Source: an uncultured bacterium
GTDB lineage: Bacteria > Verrucomicrobiota > Kiritimatiellia > PWTM01
Direction of reading: 5' to 3'
NCBI GenBank assembly: GCA_937139365.1
Contig: CAKZPT010000062.1
Coordinates: forward strand, 5,422-69,421
DNA: 64,000 bases
In this document: in pieces, positions 58,872 through 64,000 of the stretch
Numbering within the stretch: the stretch's first letter is position 1
Layout: the number at the start of each line of letters is the position of its first letter
Notes under the pieces: model-generated
What the model was told of the DNA's origin: nothing
Seen by the model: the letters and a program-made list of their open reading frames with translations, nothing else
The model's database searches: none
Made by a program: the position numbers and the translations under genes

Positions 58872-60386
58872 ATGACCCCCGCTTTGGTTGAGCGCGAGGT
58901 CAAACTCGCCGCGCCGACGGCCTCGAGGTTGCTCTCGTTGCCGGACCGCCTCCGCGAACTGGGCCTGCAGCCGGGTCCCGGCCGCGTGCGGCAGTTTCAT
59001 GACCTGTACCTCGATACGCCGGACCGTTGGCTGGCCCGCGCCGGTCTCGGCTTCCGGTTGCGCCGTGGGCATCGCCGGTGGGTCGCTGCGCTCAAGTCGT
59101 CAGCCCGCAGCCCGGACCGCGTCGAACGATTTCAAATGGAGGAGGCCATCCCCTCGCCGCCGCGCGCCTGGCCCTCGCCGGCGCCGGGACGCCGCCTTCG
59201 CGCCTGGCTACGCGCGGCCGGCGCCGGTGACGCGCGGCTGTCGCCCGTGGCGGAACTGAAGGTCCGGCGCGCCGAATGGCCCTGCCGCGACGACGATAAC
59301 CGGCGCTACCTCGTCTGCGCCGATTCGGTGCTCGCGGTCGTCGGCGGTCACCGCGTCCGGTTCGCGGAAGCGGAGATCGAGGCCGTCTCGCCCGCCGTTC
59401 CGCTGCGACGGATCGCCCGCCGCCTGTCCCGCGAGACCGGCTGGCCGATCGTGACGGCGTCGAAGCTGGAACGCGCGCTGGCGGCCGCCGACGCGCTGCC
59501 CGCCCTGCTGAAGCCCGCACGACCAGAGGTCCGCCCGGACGATCCCCCCGTACGCGCGGCGGCCGCCTTCCTCGAGGCATACTGGCGTCAGTATCTCCGC
59601 AACGTTCCCGGCGCCGGCGCGGGGGCGGACCCCGAATATCTACACGACTTGCGCGTGGCCATCCGCCGACTGCGGGCGGCGTACGCGGCTTTTCGCCCGC
59701 GGTTGCCGCCGCGGTTTCGGCCGCTGTTCTGCGATCTGCGTCGGGTGGCCCGGGCGGCCGGCGCGGTGCGTGACCTCGACGTCGCCATCGAACAGCTGGC
59801 CGATGTGGCGCCCAAACTGCGCCGGCCACATCACCGCGCCGCCGCCCGGCTGATCGGCGAGCTTTGGGCCGCGCGGGCCCGCCGTCATGCACGCCTCCGC
59901 CGGCTGCTGGCGGGCGTCGACCACCGGCAGCTCGTGCGCCGTTTCGAGCGCGCGCTCCTTTTCCTGCGCCGCGCAGACGACAATACGGCGGACGAAACCC
60001 TGATCACGTACCTCACCGCGGTGGCGACGTCCGCCGGGCGCAAGGCGTCCAAGGCCGTGGCGCGACTGCACAAGCGGAGTCCGGACGTGGAGTTCCACTC
60101 CGCACGCATCCGCTGCAAGAAATATCGCTACCTCCTCGAATTCCTTGCCGCGGCCGTGGACCGCAGGTCGTTGCGAAAGGACCTCGCCCGCCTGGTGAGG
60201 CTTCAGGACACCTTCGGGCAACTGCAGGACGCCGCGGTGCTGCGGCGGTTGCTGGAGGACCTCGGCGCGGGAACCCGCTCGCGTCGCCGGCGCGCGTTGA
60301 CGGTGGCGTTCGGCCGCCGGGTCGAACGCCGGATCCGCCGCGCGCGACGCAAAGCGCTCAAACTGGCCGCCCTCGGGGTCCCCTGA
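58872..60386 (+). CDS. CYTH + CHAD domain protein (polyphosphate-binding)
   Basis: EREVKL, YLDTPD, FRLR, EAEIE; LHDLRVAIRRLR, VRDLDV, FHSARIRCKKYRY, LQDTFGQLQD. Confidence 0.9.
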   Translation: MTPALVEREVKLAAPTASRLLSLPDRLRELGLQPGPGRVRQFHDLYLDTPDRWLARAGLGFRLRRGHRRWVAALKSSARSPDRVERFQMEEAIPSPPRAWPSPAPGRRLRAWLRAAGAGDARLSPVAELKVRRAEWPCRDDDNRRYLVCADSVLAVVGGHRVRFAEAEIEAVSPAVPLRRIARRLSRETGWPIVTASKLERALAAADALPALLKPARPEVRPDDPPVRAAAAFLEAYWRQYLRNVPGAGAGADPEYLHDLRVAIRRLRAAYAAFRPRLPPRFRPLFCDLRRVARAAGAVRDLDVAIEQLADVAPKLRRPHHRAAARLIGELWAARARRHARLRRLLAGVDHRQLVRRFERALLFLRRADDNTADETLITYLTAVATSAGRKASKAVARLHKRSPDVEFHSARIRCKKYRYLLEFLAAAVDRRSLRKDLARLVRLQDTFGQLQDAAVLRRLLEDLGAGTRSRRRRALTVAFGRRVERRIRRARRKALKLAALGVP

Positions 60387-60404
60387 GCGGGGCGGAGCGG
60401 TCGT

Positions 60405-62228
60405 TCACGGCTCCCGTGGCACGTGGAGCCGGGCGGCGGCGGGGTCGAGCCGCAACGCCCGCTCATACGCGGCGCGCGCGGCCGCCGGGTCGCCCAACCG
60501 CTGGTAGGCAATGCCGAGGTTGTGCCATGCGGGCGCGTGCTCCGGCTGCAGCCTCACCACTCGTTCCAGCCGCTCTTGCGCCTCCTTGACATCGCCAAGG
60601 CGCAAGAGCACCGTGGCCAGATTGTAGTCCGCGTCGACCAACTCCGGCCGGGCAGCCAGCGCGGCGCGATAGCCGGCGATGGCGTCGTTCGTCCGGCCGG
60701 CGGCGAGGTCGAGGTTGGCCCGGCCGAGCAGCGCGCCGGCGTGGTTCGGGGCCATGGCTAGGACGGCGTCGAATTCGCGTCGGGCCTCCTCGGCCTGGCC
60801 GAGCCGTCCGAGCAGCGTGGCGCGTCCGGCGAGCGGCCCCGGCAGGGCGGGGTCGGCCTCGACGGCCGCGGTGAAATGCTCCAGCGCGCCAGCCGGGTCG
60901 CCGGCCTCCTCGAGGGCGTGGGCGAGGTTGTTGTGCGCGATCGCGCAGTCCGGATACAAGCTCAGCACATGCCGCCACAGCGTCAGGCTGTCGCGCCAGA
61001 CCGCGATCTGGTCGCGCGTCCGCGCGGCGCAGATGCCGAGCACAATCAGCACGGCGGTGAAGCCGAGGGTCCGGGTCAGCCGGCCGGCCGCCTCGCGTGC
61101 GCGCCCGCGACGGCCCAGCCTCAGCAGCCCCGCCGCCACGGCCGCGGCCACTGGCCAAGCGGCCAGATAGGTGTACCGATCGGCGACGAACTGCGGTCCG
61201 GCCTGCGCGATCCCCAGCACGGGCGCCAGCGACACCACGCTCCATCCGGCCGCGGCGGCGGCCGGCGGATGGCGACGCGCCACGATCGCTACGCCGGCCA
61301 GCCCTGCCACCGCCACCAACGCCGGGATCCAGTGGCCCGGCACCGCCGGATCGTACGGCCGCGGCAGGGGATAAAGCGGAGAAAGACGAAACGGCGCGAG
61401 GGTGCGCCCCGCGTACCACCCCAGCGCGTGCCCCGCCTGCACCAGCCGCGCCATCGCTCCATGGACGGACCACGGGATCATCGCCCCCGACGACAGGGCC
61501 GCCACGGCCGACACCGACGCCACGGCCGCAGCCGCCAGCCACAGCCACCAGGTGGCCCGCCAGCGCCGCCGCCAGCCGCCGCCCGGCCGCGCCACGGCGT
61601 CGACGATCATCAGCAGCGCCGGCAGCACCATCGCCTGGGCCTTGGCGAGCATCGCGCCCAGGGCCCAGGCGGTCGCCCCGGCGCGCCGCCACGGCCCCGG
61701 CGGCGCCGACGGCTCCGGCCCGAGCCAGACGAACACCGCCGCCGCCGCCGCCGCGGCCGACAACGCATCGCGGCGCGCGGTCGCCCACGCCACCACCTCG
61801 ACCCGTTGCGGATGAAGCGCCCACAGCAGCGCGCCGGTCGCGCAGGCGATCTCCAACGCCGGGGAGGAATTCCCGCCGCGGCGCAGCCACCGCATGAGGA
61901 TTCCCGTCAGGAGCGCCGTGGTCACCGCATGAAGCACCGCGTTGCCGAGGTGGACGCCGGCCGCATTGAGGCCCCACAATGCGTGGTCGATGGCGTAGGA
62001 CATCCATGTCAACGGCTGATAGTGGCCGAGCCGGAACGAGGTCCACATCCACCGCAGGTGGTCCGGCCCCAGCCCCCGCCATTGGGCGTGCTCGAGGAGC
62101 AGCTCGGCGTCGTCCCAGTTGGTCCAGCCGTTCCGGATCACCGGCAGGACGACGACGAAGGCCACTAGGGCGGCCAAGGCGGCGGCCAGTCGGCGGCGGC
62201 CGCCGGCGTCCGGCGGTACGCCGCTCAT
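60405..62228 (-). CDS. TMTC-like GT-C membrane glycosyltransferase with C-terminal TPRs
   Basis: NWDD, YQPLTWMS, HLGNAVLH, ALHPQRVEVVAW, ADRYTY, WRDSLTLW, then about 5 TPRs. ATGA overlap with the GT2 gene. Confidence 0.85.
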   Translation of the reverse strand: MSGVPPDAGGRRRLAAALAALVAFVVVLPVIRNGWTNWDDAELLLEHAQWRGLGPDHLRWMWTSFRLGHYQPLTWMSYAIDHALWGLNAAGVHLGNAVLHAVTTALLTGILMRWLRRGGNSSPALEIACATGALLWALHPQRVEVVAWATARRDALSAAAAAAAVFVWLGPEPSAPPGPWRRAGATAWALGAMLAKAQAMVLPALLMIVDAVARPGGGWRRRWRATWWLWLAAAAVASVSAVAALSSGAMIPWSVHGAMARLVQAGHALGWYAGRTLAPFRLSPLYPLPRPYDPAVPGHWIPALVAVAGLAGVAIVARRHPPAAAAAGWSVVSLAPVLGIAQAGPQFVADRYTYLAAWPVAAAVAAGLLRLGRRGRAREAAGRLTRTLGFTAVLIVLGICAARTRDQIAVWRDSLTLWRHVLSLYPDCAIAHNNLAHALEEAGDPAGALEHFTAAVEADPALPGPLAGRATLLGRLGQAEEARREFDAVLAMAPNHAGALLGRANLDLAAGRTNDAIAGYRAALAARPELVDADYNLATVLLRLGDVKEAQERLERVVRLQPEHAPAWHNLGIAYQRLGDPAAARAAYERALRLDPAAARLHVPREP

Positions 62229-62938
62229 GTCAACGGCTCCGCCGGCGGCGAGCGCAGGCGGCGGCTGCGGTACCAGCAGAACCCGAACAGGTCGAATACA
62301 GTGCGCGGCAGCCGGCGCAGGTTTGTGTACTTCGACGCGCCGCGGGTCCGCGGACGGTGGTCCACGGGCAGCTCGATCACCCGGCGGCCGTGGAGGCGAA
62401 AATAGGCCGGCATGAAGCGGTGAACGCCGTTGAGCGGCGGCAGGTCGGCCCGGCATTCGTTCCGAAAGGCCTTCAGGCTGCAGCCGGTGTCGCGGACGCC
62501 GTCATGGGTGAACCGGTTCCGAACGGCGTTGCCGATCCGCGAGGCGACGCGACGCGACCACGAGTCGCGGCGGCGGGCGCGGTAGCCGCAGACGACATCG
62601 GCCTCGCGCAGGGCCTCCACGAGGCGGGCGATGTCGGCCGGGTTGTTCTGCAGGTCGCCGTCCATCGTGACGAGCACCTCGCCGCGGGCGGCGGTCAGGC
62701 CGGCCAGCATGGCTGCGCTCTGCCCCTGGTTCGTCGGGAAGCGCAGGCCTCGCACGAAGGGATAGCGCGCGGCAGCCTCGCGGACGCGCGCGGGGGTCTC
62801 GTCCGTGGAGCCGTCGTCCACGAAGATCGCCTCGATCGGTCCGAGGGCGGCTTCCACGGCTGCCAATTCTTCGGCCAGCGGCAGGACGTTGTCGGCCTCG
62901 TTGTAGACGGGCACGACGATGGACAATCGCAGCGGCAT
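62225..62938 (-). CDS. GT2 polyprenol-phosphate glycosyltransferase (Dpm1/ArnC-like)
   Basis: SIVVPVYNE, VDDGSTD, NQGQSAA, MDGDLQN, DTGCSLK, HRFMP, HRPR..GASKY. Confidence 0.92.
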   Translation of the reverse strand: MPLRLSIVVPVYNEADNVLPLAEELAAVEAALGPIEAIFVDDGSTDETPARVREAAARYPFVRGLRFPTNQGQSAAMLAGLTAARGEVLVTMDGDLQNNPADIARLVEALREADVVCGYRARRRDSWSRRVASRIGNAVRNRFTHDGVRDTGCSLKAFRNECRADLPPLNGVHRFMPAYFRLHGRRVIELPVDHRPRTRGASKYTNLRRLPRTVFDLFGFCWYRSRRLRSPPAEPLT

Positions 62939-63081
62939 GTGCGGGTTGTCACCAGATCGTAGGGGTGGCGCGCGAGCGCGGCAAGGCCGATGACAGGGCG
63001 CGACGGCGGCGGAGCCTCATTTGTCGCGAGCGGAAGGGCCGTGGTAGGCTGAGCGGCAACACATCGCCATCGGGCTATGCC

Positions 63082-64000
63082 ATGCCAAACACCGGCCAAT
63101 TTCCGGTCCTGGTGGTGGACGATGAGCCGTCCGTCGCCGAGGTAATGCGGCGTCACCTGGCCGCCGGCCTGCCGGAGCGGGAGATTCTGACCTGCACCCG
63201 CGCGGACCTCGCAATTGAGCTGGTGACGACGATGTCGTTTTCCGTGGTGCTCTGCGACCTGCAGATGCCGGGCCTCACCGGCATTGAGATCCTGGCCGAG
63301 GCGCGTCGGCGAAACCCCGCGACGGTGGGCATCCTCGTCACCGGCCAGGCGACGAAGGAGGCGCTGGTCCAGGCGGTCAATCAGGCGCAGGTGTGGAAGG
63401 TCATCGAGAAGCCGTGGGCGCCGGAGGCCCTGGTGGGATGGGTGCGGGACGCTTGTCGTCTGCACGACGAACGGCGGTCGGCGGAGGCGCCAGCGGAAAA
63501 GGCCGGACCGGTCGAGAAGAAGCCGGCCGAGGCGGCGGCACCGAAGAAGGTGGTGCGATTGCCGCCGCCTAAGAAGGCGGCGGTGATTCGGCCGCCAAAG
63601 ATCGAGCGCCCCGCGGCGGCCGTGCCGGCGGGGGTGCATCCGACGTTCGCGCCGCCGATCCCGATCCCCAAGGTGGCCGCCCGCTACGTGGACCTCAAGT
63701 TGGTCCACCCCGGCGGTCTGGGGGCCGTGTATCGTGCCCGCGACACGGCGGCCGGGCGGATGGTCGCGCTCAAGGTGATCGCGGCGCGACTGGCGGCCGA
63801 CGAAACGCTCCTCGAGCAAATGACCGCCGAGACCACGACCGCCTCCCGGTTGAACCATCCAAATCTCGCGAGGGTCCTCGGCCTCGAGCGGAACGGACCG
63901 GTGGCCTATTTGGTCGAGGAATACGTCGAAGGCCAGAACCTTCGCCGTGTCGTCGCCCGCCACCGCGGTCTGCCGGCCACGGCGGTGGCCGTGGTCGCTT
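63082..64000 (+). CDS. Receiver domain fused to a Hanks-type Ser/Thr kinase, 3' partial
   Basis: Manual translation: VLVVDDE, CDLQMPG, VTG, IEKPW; a Pro/Lys linker; then GGLGAVYRARD..MVALKVI..LNHPNL..LVEEYVEG. Runs off the window edge. Confidence 0.88.
   Translation, partial: MPNTGQFPVLVVDDEPSVAEVMRRHLAAGLPEREILTCTRADLAIELVTTMSFSVVLCDLQMPGLTGIEILAEARRRNPATVGILVTGQATKEALVQAVNQAQVWKVIEKPWAPEALVGWVRDACRLHDERRSAEAPAEKAGPVEKKPAEAAAPKKVVRLPPPKKAAVIRPPKIERPAAAVPAGVHPTFAPPIPIPKVAARYVDLKLVHPGGLGAVYRARDTAAGRMVALKVIAARLAADETLLEQMTAETTTASRLNHPNLARVLGLERNGPVAYLVEEYVEGQNLRRVVARHRGLPATAVAVVA

Overview
This is a very GC-rich bacterial chromosomal window. It most likely comes from a PVC-superphylum organism (Kiritimatiellia/Verrucomicrobia-like); that assignment is an inference from gene content and repeat type. 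From left to right it carries: (1) a MoxR/DUF58 (bat-like) operon; (2) a decayed accessory patch next to tRNA-Phe, with an S9 peptidase pseudogene, two RAYT/Y1-transposase remnants with terminal inverted repeats, an intact GH120-CBM6 gene, a truncated sufT, an IS91-like remnant and a DUF1080 fragment; (3) a long minus-strand run sigma70-apt-coaD-yceD-rpmF-plsX-fabH-fabD-fabG-acpP-fabF followed by a G/Y/Q-rich prion-like ORF; (4) a single-ORF fusion of an LMW phosphatase, RpiB and GlyA; (5) a three-unit palindromic array with 32-bp period; (6) tRNA-Lys, an LpxL-type acyltransferase and an amino-sugar salvage operon; (7) lptD-polB-gspG and hppA; (8) envelope and pilin genes; (9) an ArsR-led TolC/MFP/RND cluster with thiol/sulfur accessory genes; (10) tRNA-Pro, sixA and a CYTH/CHAD gene; (11) a GT2 plus TMTC-like glycosyltransferase pair and a REC-Ser/Thr kinase fusion. 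Many secreted catabolic genes are pseudogenised while housekeeping genes are intact. No CRISPR-Cas, prophage or reverse-transcriptase system is visible. All calls come from reading motifs by eye; no database searches were run.
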